Shown here in pieces: positions 36,431 through 49,319 of a DNA stretch of 64,000 nucleotides. The notes under the pieces are model-generated. The model made no database searches. It was not told the DNA's origin and saw only the letters and a list, made by a program, of their open reading frames with translations. The stretch comes from Eledone cirrhosa (lineage: Eukaryota). Within the stretch, counting starts at the first letter, position 1; each line of letters begins with the position of its first letter. The DNA is taken from positions 4,092,001 to 4,156,000 of the forward strand of contig OZ024745.1 in assembly GCA_964016885.1 (NCBI GenBank), given 5' to 3'. The translations under genes were made by a program, and so were the position numbers.

Positions 36431-39400
36431 ACCACCACACCACACCACACCGACCATACCACACCACCACCGCACCACACCACACTACACCACACCGACC
36501 ATACCACACCACCACCACACCGACCACACCACACCGACCATACCACACCACCACCGCACCACACCACACCACCACACCATACCACACCGACCATACCACA
36601 CCACCACCACACCACACCACACTGACCATACCACACCACACCACACCGACCACCGCACCACACCGCACCACACCACACCACCACCGCACCACACCACACC
36701 GACCATACCACACCACCACCACACCACACCACATCGACCATAGCACACCACACCACCACCACACCGCACCGACCATACCACACCGACCATACCACACCAC
36801 ACCACACCGACCATACCACACCACACCACACCGACCATACCACACCACCACCACACCACACCACACCACCACCGCACCACACCACACCGACCGCACCACA
36901 CCACACCACACCGCACCACACCACACCGACCACACCACACCGACCACACCACACCGACCATACCACACCACCACCACACCACACCACACCGACCATACCA
37001 CACCACCACCGCACCACACCACACCGACCATACCACACCGACCATACCACACCACACCACACCGACCATACCACACCACACCACACCGACCATACCACAC
37101 CACCACCACACCACACCACACCACCACCGCACCACACCACACCGACCACACCACACCACACCACACCACACCACCACCGCACCACACCACACCGACCATA
37201 CCACACCGACCATACCACACCGACCATACCACACCGACCATACCACACCACACCACACCGACCATACCACACCACCACCGCACCACACCACACCGACCAT
37301 ACCACACCGACCATACCACACCACACCACACCGACCATACCACACCACCACCACACCACACCACACCGACCATACCACACCACACCACACCGACCATACC
37401 ACACCATACCACACCGACCATACCACACCACCACCGCACCACACCACACCACACCACCACCGCACCACACCACACCGACCATACCACACCACCACCATAC
37501 CACACCGACCATACCACACCACACCACACCGACCATACCACACCACCACCGCACCACACCACACCACACCACACCGACCATACCACACCACCACCACACC
37601 ACACCGACCATACCACACCACCACCGCACCACACCGACCATACCACACCACCACCGCACCACACCACACCAACCATACCACACCACCACCATACCACACC
37701 GACCATACCACACCACACCACACCGACCACACCACACCACACCGACCATACCACACCACACCACACCACACCGACCATACCACACCACCACCACACCACA
37801 CCACACCGACCATACCACACCACCACCGCACCACACCACACCAACCATACCACACCACACCACACCACACCGACCATACCACACCACACCACACCACACC
37901 GACCATACCACACCACCACCGCACCACACCACACCAACCATACCACACCACACCACACCACACCGACCATACCACACCACCACCACACCACACCACACCG
38001 ACCATACCACACCACCACCGCACCACACCACACCAACCATACCACACCACACCACACCACACCGACCATACCACACCACACCACACCACACCGACCATAC
38101 CACACCACCACCACACCGCACCACACCGACCATACCACACCACACCACACCACACCGACCATACCACACCACCACCGCACCACACCACACCGACCACACC
38201 ACACCACACCACACCGACCATACCACACCACCACCGCACCACACCACACCGACCATACCACACCACACCACACCACACCGACCATACCACACCACCACCG
38301 CACCACACCACACCGACCATACCACACCACCACCACACCACACCGACCATACCACACCACCACCGCACCACACCACACCGACCATACCACACCACACCGG
38401 CCATACCACACCACACCGGCCATACCACACCACACCACACCACACCACACCGACCATACCACACCACCACCGCACCACACCACACCGACCATACCACACC
38501 ACACCGACCATACCACACCACCACCGCACCACACCACACCGACCATACCACACCACCACCACACCACACCACACCGACCATACCACACCACACCGGCCAT
38601 ACCACACCACACCACACCACACCGACCATACCACACCACCACCGCACCACACCACACCGACCATACCACACCACACCGACCATACCACACCACCACCGCA
38701 CCACACCACACCGACCATACCACACCACCACCACACCACACCACACCGACCATACCACACCGGCCATACCACACCACCACCACACCACACCACACCGACC
38801 ATACCACACCACCACCACACCACACCACACCGACCATACCACACCACCACCGCACCACACCACACCACCGACCACACCACCGACCATACCACACCACCAC
38901 CGCACCACACCACACCACACCGACCATACCACACCACCACCACCACCGCACCACACCGACCATACCACACCACCACCGCACCACACCACACCGACCATAC
39001 CACACCACCACCGCACCACACCACACCGACCATACCACACCACCACCGCACCACACCACACCGACCATACCACACCACCACCGCACCACACCACACCGAC
39101 CATACCACACCACACCACACCATACCACACCACCACCGCACCACACCGACCATACCACACCACCACCGCACCACACCACCACCGCACCACACCACACCGA
39201 CCATACCACACCACACCACACCATACCACACCACCACCGCACCACACCGACCATACAACACCACCACCGCACCACACCACACCACCGACCACACCACACC
39301 GACACCACCACCACCACACCACACTACCACCACACCACCGCACCACACCACCACACCGACACCACCACCACCGCACCACACCGACCACACCACCACCACA

Positions 39401-40102
39401 CCACCACCACCGCACCACACCGACCACACCACCACACCACACCGACACCACCACACCGACCACACCACACCACCACCACACCACCACCACCGGACCACAC
39501 CACCACCACCGCACCACACCGACACCACCACCACCACACTACCACCACACCACCACCACACCACCACCACCGCACCACACCGACCACACCACCGCACCAC
39601 ACCGACCACACCACACCGACCACACCACACCACCACCACACCACCACCACCGCACCACACCGACCACCACACCACACCGACCACACCACCGCACCACACC
39701 GACCACACCACACCACCACCACACCGACACCACCACCACACCGACCACACCACCACACCACCGCCACACCACCACCACCGCACCACACCGACCACACCAC
39801 CACCACCACCACACCACCACTACACCACCACCACCACCGCACCACACCGACCACACCACCACCACCACCGCACCACACCGACCACACCACCACCACCGCC
39901 ACACCACCACCACCGCACCACACCGACCACACCACCACCACCACCACACCACCACTACACCACCACCACACCACCACCACCGCACCACACCGACCACACC
40001 ACCACCACCACCACACCACCACCACCGCACCACACCGACCACACCACCACCACCACCACACCACCACCACCGCACCACACCGACCACACCACCACCACCG
40101 CC
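36431..40102. repeat. 3.7-kb C/A-rich cryptic satellite (CACCA, CAC, CGACCATAC, CCGCA modules)
   Basis: Irregular concatenation of 3-9-nt modules with extreme strand asymmetry. Confidence 0.97.
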
Positions 40103-40595
40103 ATGACACCGGCCTCTGCTGCTGCTGATCTCTCCTCTATTTGATTTTTTTTTTGTTTGTTTTTCCTTTCCTCTTTATCTCCATTTCCTCTCTCACTCAG
40201 TTCTCACTGCACACAAACCTGTTAGCAATAATTATTGAAATATATAAATATATAGAAATATATATCTATATATATCTATATATCTATATATATATAGATA
40301 TATATATCTATATATCTATATATATATATATATATATATATCTATATATATATATATATAAACAATATCATTTATGAAGTATCCTGTCCTGGCTTCATAA
40401 TCCAATAACACCATCTGAATTTCTTCATCTTTTTTTCTCAAATACTACTACGACCTACCCCACCCCTACCATAATCCTCACCCCTACCACCATCCTCATT
40501 CTCCTCACCCCTACCACCATCATCCTCCTCACCCTGGAACCATCACTTCCCAACGTGGGATTACTCATGTCTGTATTTCTGGCTTCGTTGTTTAG

Positions 40596-40679
40596 TATGG
40601 GCTGAATTGGAGTGAATAAGGAAGATATCATAATGGACTGGTTAAAAGATCATGTACCTCTCTTAGCAATCAAAGCAAG
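40596..40679 (+). other. Candidate exon, possibly first coding (ATG 40633, MDWLKDHVPLLAIKA...)
   Basis: cttcgttgtttag| acceptor and CAAG|gtaggt donor; no recognisable homology. Confidence 0.25.
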
Positions 40680-41672
40680 GTAGGTTTGATTGTTGGATGT
40701 TCTTATTAGTTCTGATGCTTCTCCTGCAACATTTTCCTCATCCTCTTGTCCAAATCTGCCTTTACTATATATATGCCATAGTACACATTGTATTCCATGT
40801 TGGTGTAGATATCTGTGAAAGCATTGCTAATCTCCCACGTTGACTCAGAAAGTATGAAACCGTCAGTAAATATAGTTATTTTATATTGTATATGTATATG
40901 TCATTTCTGTTTGCACCCCAGCAACTAGTGTCACAATCCTTGTTTTAATGTTCACTTTATTTCTAGTCTAATATCAGTTAGTTTCAAACACAGCAGCCTC
41001 CATGTGTCTTCTGTGATATTTGTGAGGCACACTATGCACAGATCTAAATATCTCATTTTTAGGCTTCTATGCTGGAAAATTATCAACAAGTTATATTCTA
41101 CATCCTGTTCAATTTTTCACCCAACTATTCTGTGTCTGTGTGTATGTGTGTGTGTGTACGTGTCTGTGTGTCTGTGTGCATACATACATGAAAGTGAACC
41201 CTTCATATGCATTTCCATAAGGAATTTTACATTTGTTTTAAACAATTTCTTGAGAAAAATTCCCAAATTATTTTTAATTGATAAATAGTTTAATATTGAT
41301 CTCTTTAATATTTAAAATAACTTTTATTTCTTGTTATTTTGGAGGGTTGAAACCCTAACCACTTCTTTAGTTTCTTCATCATTTAGAGTTGAATAAACCC
41401 CAGTTTGTGACTGTACCCTAGACAATTTGAAACTATCCTGACAACACTGAGGTATTATTTAATTCCCTGGCATTCAACTATTTCTACCAATGTGAATATA
41501 AAAATACCAACTACATTAAGTAGTTACCCATCCCTTACTAGAAATTCTAACCATCACACACACACACAGACACATAGTAGATTAGAAGGGGGATGTTCTA
41601 TCACATATGTGAATATTTAATTTCAACATAAATCTCCATTTCCATCTTCAACTGTTCTCCTACTTTAATTCA

Positions 41673-41725
<53 letters not shown>

Positions 41726-42610
41726 AATTTTCTTTCCCTCTCCCACTTTTATGAGATGACTATTCATTGCCTCTTTTCTTCATTTACTCATCTGTTATGT
41801 AACATTATTTCATCTTTTATTCATCATCTCCACCTTCATCTAACTCCTCTCTTCCTCTTCTACAACCTGTAACAGTTTAAGGCAAACAGGATCACTAGAA
41901 AAATGTCAATACAGAACCTTTGCCACTCTCTACTGTAATTTTACATGCATACCCCCCCCCCTCTCTCTCATTAAAACATATCCCTATGTATCTAGCCTAC
42001 ATTTTATAACACTGGTCACTTAACATCCTGCTGGTTCAGGCAAACATTTCAAATAAAAATTCAATTATCCTTCTTTTCTTTATTCTGTCTCTGCATTCTG
42101 CCTCTTTCTCTCCTCTATTTGCCTCTCCTGTCCTAAGGTTCTACATTTCTTAAGTTTAGGCTACTAAGTTGAATAATGGTCTTAGTGGTTTTAACTAGCA
42201 ACATCTCACACACATATATCATCATCATCACATGTCCATTTTCCATACTTACATGGGTTAGACAGGTCATCCGTGCCATGAGAAAAGCCTGACCAGATGG
42301 GTCACACCATACCTTGCTCAGGCAGAATTGTAAAATTGGCTGGGATTTTTATAGCTGGATACCCTTCTTAACACCAACTACATTTGCAGTGTATATAATA
42401 TCACCCACTATTCTAATCTTTTCTTACTATTTCTCTCTGGATCTTTTCTTCATGCTTGCATTTGTATGTATCAATTTTTGTGTCTTTTTTTAAGGTCTTC
42501 CATCCCGAGTATCATGCCCCCCCCCCCCCCCCCCCTCCTCTCCAATATGCTGAATGTATGTTAGCTGAATTGGAAATGTTACTTTGCAATGTACTGACAA
42601 TAAAACTGAT

Positions 42611-42843
42611 TTAACTCTTAACATCCTGTAAATATAGGAAAGCAGAAAATATCTAAAAACTGGTTTGATAAAATTTGTTTACAGTATTTTTTGTTACTGA
42701 ACAGATTGTTGTGGAAATTTGAAGTATGAGAATAAAAATTTGAAATGTTTGTTTTAAATGTGATACAGTGATGGTGCTGTTTTGTACTCTTCAAGAATGT
42801 CTTGCTAATGTGACTTCATGTGATACAGGACGTTAAGAGTTAA
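42611..42843. mobile_element. TTAA-flanked MITE with 16-bp TIRs (piggyBac-type)
   Basis: TTAA-CTCTTAACATCCTGTA ... TACAGGACGTTAAGAG-TTAA; relatives at 34643 and ending at 13051. Confidence 0.78.
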
Positions 42844-43302
42844 AAGATAAAGTGGATTTACATGCAATTTTCTAGGATTCTCTTGTGTCAGTGTATGTAA
42901 GATATTATCTTTCTACATTAATATCTGACATATCCTGCTGAAAATAACATGTTAAATGTTATTAGTACCAAAATATGGCTTGAAAAAATATTTTCTCAGA
43001 GCTATATATGTTGTTTAGCCCCAGGTCAGTCCTCATTGAGCATGTTTATGATCAAAGGCATTCCAACTATGACCATCACCTCTTTTTCAAAGACGCAATG
43101 CACCTAGAACCACTTTATCCAATGTGTCCTTCTTTTCTAAGACAATAGAGCATGGTTTAAGGAAGATTTGGCTGCCATCACTTGCAGGGCAAGTGAGTGC
43201 ATAAAAGCTTCCATGTTCAATTGTGTAAGGTGTATGTGTGTATCATGATCACTGTTTAACGGTCTTTTTCATACTTGTTTGGCTTAAATAGGTTTTCATG
43301 TA

Positions 43303-43660
43303 CTCTTCTTCTTCTTCTTGTCATATGACATAAACACAATAGTTAGAGAGGCAGGAGAGCCAGACCAAGGTATCATTTGTAGCATTATGGACTGCCTCCG
43401 TGCCACTGGGAGAACGTCTGAGGGGGAAATCCTGAACAACATGCGGTACTGTCTGGTCAGGGTCTTCAGAGGCTGGGCTGACTTTCATTTTCCATTGATG
43501 GAGATAATGGGTAGTCCTGACATATGTTGTGTGGATCCGATTAAGGGACACCCATTGCTTTCTGGGAAGGTCAATGGCAAATTTGGACTCCTTCCATGAT
43601 CTTCACCACTCTTCCTTCAGATCAAAGTCTTGGAGGATTGTCATTGATTCCCAGAATGGT
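43303..43660 (-). mobile_element. Ingi/Vingi-like (I-group) LINE 3' fragment with (GAA)n tail, inserted in an S2 SINE
   Basis: IDLPRKQWVSLNRIHT...LHQWKMKVSPA...QTVPHVVQDFPLRR resembles a decayed C-terminal CCHC region; clade assignment is from recall. Confidence 0.6.
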
Positions 43661-44255
43661 TTGCATGATTTCAAGCACATGTACTGAGACTTGACTGGTC
43701 ATGTGGTCACATCTTGTTCAAATGCTCCAATTTTGCCTTGGTTTCTACGGCTAGAAGCCCTTTCTAATGCCAACCATTTTACAGTGTGTACTGGGAGCAT
43801 TTTATCGTGTCTTTGACATTGCCATCTTACAGGCTGGACTGAGTATTTTTTTTTTTTGTGGCACCAGCACTATTGTCTAACAGTGTGACCTGGGTGCCTT
43901 ATCATAGCACCAATATATATATATATATCATTTTAGTGTCAACAATTACTGATGGGAAGATTCAATAGTAGTAAAATTTATACATCTCTGATAGATCAAA
44001 AGTTTTGCCTTCAGTAGGTTTATTCATAATCATCCAGACTGGATGATTTAGCAAAACCTGGTAGTCCGGCAATCTAAGATGATAAATATAATCTTGGAGT
44101 GACTGGAACTACCAAGTTTTGCTCTTGTGTGTGTATAAGAGAATAATTGAAAGTGGAAAACTCCACTTGTTTTAACAAGTTGTGTTGAAGCTCAATGGAT
44201 CATTCAGGTGAAATTATGCAAGACACAAAATCCATATAAATAATTAAGTGATATA

Positions 44256-44568
44256 TGAGCATGGCTTAATGGTTATAGTGTTGGGCTTGCAATCGGGAAA
44301 TTGAGTTTGATTCTCAGACTGGGTCGTGTTGTGTCAGCAAGACTCTTTATTTCATGTTGCTCCAGTTTACTCAGCTGTAGAAATGGGTTGCGGCGTCACT
44401 AGTGCCAAGTTGTATCAGTCTTTGCCTTTCCCTTGGACAACATCAGTGACATAGAGAGTGGAGGACTGGTATACATGGGCGACTACTGGTCTTTGACAAA
44501 TAACCTTACCCGGACTTGTGCCTCAGAGGGGAAATTTCTAGGTGCAAATCCCATGGACTAAAGGGTTT
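44256..44568 (+). mobile_element. tRNA-headed SINE (head shared with S2, different body)
   Basis: TGGCTTAATGG A-box, GAGTTTGATTC B-box, gctccagtttactcagctgtagaaatg. Confidence 0.75.
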
Positions 44569-44607
44569 TTATATGTGTGTGTATATATATATATATATAT
44601 ATACGCA

Positions 44608-44826
44608 CTGTGTGTTTGCTTTTTACACAAAGATGCATTCGTGAACGCGGCGTGTAAAGCAAATTTGCGTGATTCAACTGTTATATTTCTGATAAATAAA
44701 AAATATTAAAAATCACACGTGTTATAGCGCATTATTCACGCAAAGTGAATATTTAATAATATATTTTCAAGAGGTGTTAAAACGAATTCGTGTACTTCAA
44801 GTTCATGTAAAAAGTGAACAGACTGT
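44608..44826. mobile_element. Possible MITE with imperfect TIRs of about 24 bp
   Basis: ctgtgtgtttgctttttacac versus reverse complement of the right end cagtctgttcactttttacat; locally CpG-rich. Confidence 0.45.
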
Positions 44827-44879
44827 CTCATCATCATTTAACGTCTATCTTCCACGTTAATCATCGTCACTATAAAGTA

Positions 44880-45070
44880 ATAATTGTTTCTACTTTTTGG
44901 CACAAGGCCAGCAATTACCCATTGCATTACTGGTACTTTATTTTATCGACCCTGTAAGGATGAAAGGCAAAGTTAACCTCGGCGGGATTCGAACTCAGAA
45001 TGGCAAGGGCCGTAACTCTGTGCGTCAAAGCATAGCATCCAACCGTCTACCGATACTGCCAATCCACCGC
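44880..45070 (-). mobile_element. SINE S1, young copy with target-site duplication
   Basis: TAAAGTAATAAT flanks both ends (about 44873 and 45075). Confidence 0.82.
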
Positions 45071-46111
45071 ACATTAAAGTAATAATGTTCTGTAGCAATA
45101 TCTTATTAAAATTTTGTTGATTTATTTTTTACTTCTATTCTGTCACCCTGAAAGCATGACTTAGTTTTTTAGTTGACATATCTGAGTGGAAAATGTGATG
45201 CTTATTTCTTGTCTTTTATTTATTGTGACCATTGTCACCAATTCATTATTGTTGTTGTTACTGCACTAGTGCCATATACTGTCATTCTCCTCCATTTTCT
45301 TCTCTCCTCCTGTTTTTTGAAGTTGAATAACAAAATATTCGTCTTTGTAGTCATGATTGTTTTATCATTTCAGCTCCATAAACAATGTGACAACATGTCT
45401 GACACCTACATTTTCACATTACTCATCATCGTTGAAACTTCTCACACTTTTTTCATATCATTTTCTTTTGTTTTTCTGACTTTGGCTTTAAAACTTGGTT
45501 TATATTTTTAAGCTATTTTCAGCTAAGACTTGTTTATGACCTGTACCCACTTAATTTTTTTCAAGGAGGTTTCTGCCTCCATATAAGTAATTCTTCATCC
45601 ATTTAACATTTTCAGAGGTTAGCACTTGTAATTGTGTGAGGTTAATATTGTTATTTAAAGCCAGGTCAACTATAATCTAGATGAAATGTGATGAAAGGTG
45701 TTCCAACCATGACCTCCCCAACTATAATCTAGATGAAATGTGATCAAAGGTATTCCAGCTGTGACCTCCCCAACTATTTCCAGTGTTCCCAGTACTTAGG
45801 ATGACATTATCAAATATGTTCTTTTGTTTTTTAGACAGGTAGACTGATTTGAGGGAGAGTTGACTGCTAGTTCTAGCAGATCTAACAACCACGTAGAGCA
45901 GTGTTTCTCGCCCTTTTTTGTCCCATGCCCCTCTTTGATTTTCAAAAATAAAAACGTGTGTCCGGCTATGTTTAGACAAAGTATATAGTATAGTATATAC
46001 ACATACCATTGTAAAGTCCTACTCCCCAGTAACACTGATACAGAGGCTCCCTTGGTGCCTCAATCTTGTGTGTAGCTGATGGAGGTAGAGTATTCACACA
46101 CACACAAGTGC

Positions 46112-46320
46112 TCATCACCGTTTAATGTCCATTTTCCATGCTAACAGAGGTTAGACGGATTGTCCTATTTGAAGCCATTCGAGGTCAGATGACCATGTCC
46201 TGCTCATACAGAATCGATTTGGGATTGGTTTCTACGGCTGGATGTCCTTCCTAATGCCAACAACATTTACATTGTGGACTGGGTGCTTTTTGTCATAACA
46301 CTTACATGACCACTTTGTTT
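46112..46320 (-). mobile_element. S2/RTE-tail SINE fragment (similar fragments near 24955, 31380, 33933, 42218, 47370, 55686, 60240, 61850)
   Basis: tcatc..tttaatgtccattttccatgc..ggctggatgtccttcctaatgccaac. Confidence 0.75.
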
Positions 46321-46769
46321 GAAACTGAGTGCAATTCATTGTATATAGCATAAGTTCCTGTTCAAAACCATCGGGTCTCCCAGTCAGACACCTTTACCAA
46401 TTTGTACGGGTAAATTACAAACACACAGCCTAAGTAAACATATTTAGTCTTCTGTGAAGAATTGAAAAGAAAATATGAAATAAACAGTTGAATGATCACA
46501 ATATTTTTTTCTTCTTAGATGTTGGTCTCTAGCATTGTTGAAATGTTTTCTTATTCATTGCAAACACTTTACAGAGGCCTATGTTCTGAGAGTAATGTTG
46601 GCTGAACAATAAATGATCACAAATACCACACAATGTATCAAATAGATTTATACTAGATTCACATGGAATTACTGCTGTTGTATATTAAAGAATTGTTTTG
46701 TTGTTTTTTTCAATACTGAACACCTGCTTTTCTCCAACAGTTATTTTGAATGTGGTTTTATTTTTTAAT

Positions 46770-47065
46770 GAGATTCCTCCAATGGGTCTTTGGAGTAACG
46801 ATACTCAATAGAGGGCGTAGCTGAGAGATGAAAGAGTCACTCCAGGTAGAGCCGCTACTTCTCTGAATTGAGAGATCACAGCTCCGATATTTCGAGTATG
46901 TAGTTAGAATGTCTCAGGGAAGAATTGCTGGACAGATTTTACAGGCAAAACCAACCAACAGGAGACCCAGAGGTAGACCCAGAGCAAGATGGTTAGATAA
47001 CATCCATGAGCTTGGCTTGTCTCGCTTGGAGATCCAGCCGAATAAGTTGGGGCTGGTTGCAGGAC
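46770..47065 (+). mobile_element. Expander/Rex3-like RTE 3' fragment
   Basis: IERSQLRYFEYVVRMSQGRIAGQILQAKPTNRRPRGRPRARWLDNI. Confidence 0.78.
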
Positions 47066-47155
47066 CCGCTGGAAGGAGTGTTATTTCTGTTGGATTTTAA
47101 AGTAATAGAAAATGAGATTTCTGGAATCCTGTAAAACATAGAATGGCTTATTGGC

Positions 47156-47293
47156 CACATTGTTGGTGTCTTACTATATTACTACATATACATTGTTGGT
47201 GTCTTACTATATTACTACATATACATTGTTGGTGTCTTACTATATTACTACATATACATTGTTGGTGTCTTACTATATTACTACATATACATT
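47156..47293. repeat. 33-bp tandem repeat, 4 copies
   Basis: ACATTGTTGGTGTCTTACTATATTACTACATAT. Confidence 0.93.
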
Positions 47294-48519
47294 TTGGAAA
47301 GACACAGATTTCTTACATGAGTTTTCCTCGCTTGTGACCAGATTTTAATCCTCCTTCATTGTAGTATAGTCATCATCATTTAATGTCCATTTTCCACACA
47401 TGGGTTAAAGGGGTTGTCACTTTGAGACAAGTCAGGTTCAGAGACCACACCTTGCTCATACAGATCTGTGTTTTGGCTTGGTTTCTATGGCTGGATGCCC
47501 TCCTTACTACCAAGCACATTAAACTATGTGTTGGAATAAAATCGACCTCCTTAATATAGAGCAATTTCATTTGACTACTACTTAAATTTATTGATTGTTT
47601 GGCATTTGATTGTGTCTCCAACACTAGGGAAGTTATATCCTTGACATGGCTGTAGAGCTCAATACTTTTAATATGGTTTCTACAACTTGATGACCTCCCT
47701 ATTTCAACCACTTTTATCATTATCTCTATCCTATATAGTTTATCTTTGAATTGCTAACCATTTTACACACTGCCTGTTATTATGACAGCACCATGTTCCA
47801 ACAGTGAATAAGAGGAGGAATATTACGTATTACATACACCAACATTTTGCAATCTTTTGGTTGTAAAATGTTGGTGTGTGTATGTAGAAGTTATATATGT
47901 ATATGTTGAGAATATATATACAGTTGTTTTCTATTTCTAGTGATATGTTTTCAGATAGCTTCTTGCTATCTTCTGTATAATCACTATGTTGGCTGTGATA
48001 ACTTACAGGTGTATACATTGTGTGGAATCAACTTACTTTATATTCACCTTTATATAACTTAGAAACACCAACATTCTTCTTACATTTATCACAACATTAC
48101 TGAAATAAACTCTTCTTATATCATGTAATCTCAGTCTATTATATATGCTAGCATGTGTAGTGTGTATATTGATATTATATGCAGGTATATATTCATGTAG
48201 ATATGATACATCAAATAAAATTGTAATTGACAATATACATAGAAATTGAACGAAGACTGTGTTACACTGTCTTATGTAATCAGTAACGTAATCCATGATA
48301 CATTAAAAAAGACGATATTATATATAAACTGCATTAGGAGAAAATTAGTGACGGAAATATATGAATGTTTATTTAAGCGATGGCCAACCGGAAGTGTTGA
48401 CATTTCAGAAATTTTAAAGAAGGGGATCTTTAAATAAGCTATAAAATATATTTAATCAACAGCCACGAAATTTAGTAGATAAATTATGTAATATTCATTC
48501 ATTATTTATTCAAAGTAAA

Positions 48520-48710
48520 TGCGGTGGATTGGCAGTATTGGTAGAGGGTCGGACGCCATGCTTTGACGTATAGAGTTACGGCCCTTGCCATTCTGAGTTC
48601 AAATCCCGCCAAGGTTAACTTTGCCTTTCATCCTTACGGGGTCGATAAAATAAAGTACCAGTAATGCACTGAGTATTTGCTGGCCTTGTGCCTAACGTAG
48701 AAACAATTAT
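48520..48710 (+). mobile_element. SINE S1, young copy
   Basis: Complete head, core and tail; flanked by attatttattcaaagtaa / attatttgttcaaagtaa duplication. Confidence 0.85.
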
Positions 48711-49266
48711 TTGTTCAAAGTAATCCAACTTATTTTACAAACGGGATAAAAAAGAATAAACCGTACGCAATCCCGCAGACCTTCCTTTATTATAGTTTAG
48801 ATTTCTCTATAACAGAGATGATGAACCTTTTTAGGCCAACATGTTAAAATTCTAATTTATTTTAACACTTTTGATACAAAACCACCTGAAAACAGCTCTG
48901 GTTTTATAAGAAAGTGTTTATATTAATACCTATATTTACCTAAAAACTTTCCACCATAGTTTTATATGTTCCAGCAGCTTAATAATAATGAGAAAAATAG
49001 TTATATTACTAAATCCCTTTAAATTCTTAATTATTTTGAAAATGATTTGAAAATCATAGGCTGTCTCTCTCATTAGAAATATAGTAATGAAAGTTGCTAA
49101 TAGTTCTGTTGTTGGAGTGTCATGTATTTTAGTTTTGGCTATAGATAAGTCTTTTATGGAATAATATTGCAGGCAGATATTATTTTTGTCAAACTCCATC
49201 ACATGTCATCTAAAAATATATCCACAGTATCACATATGTCATATGATTGCAATCACTGCTCTATAG

Positions 49267-49317
<51 letters not shown>

Positions 49318-49319
<2 letters not shown>

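Noticed and set aside
36431-40102. Interstitial telomere
   Set aside because: No TTAGGG/CCCTAA units
36385-40128. ORFs of about 1000 aa on both strands
   Set aside because: The simple C/A repeat cannot form stop codons; open in many frames, low complexity
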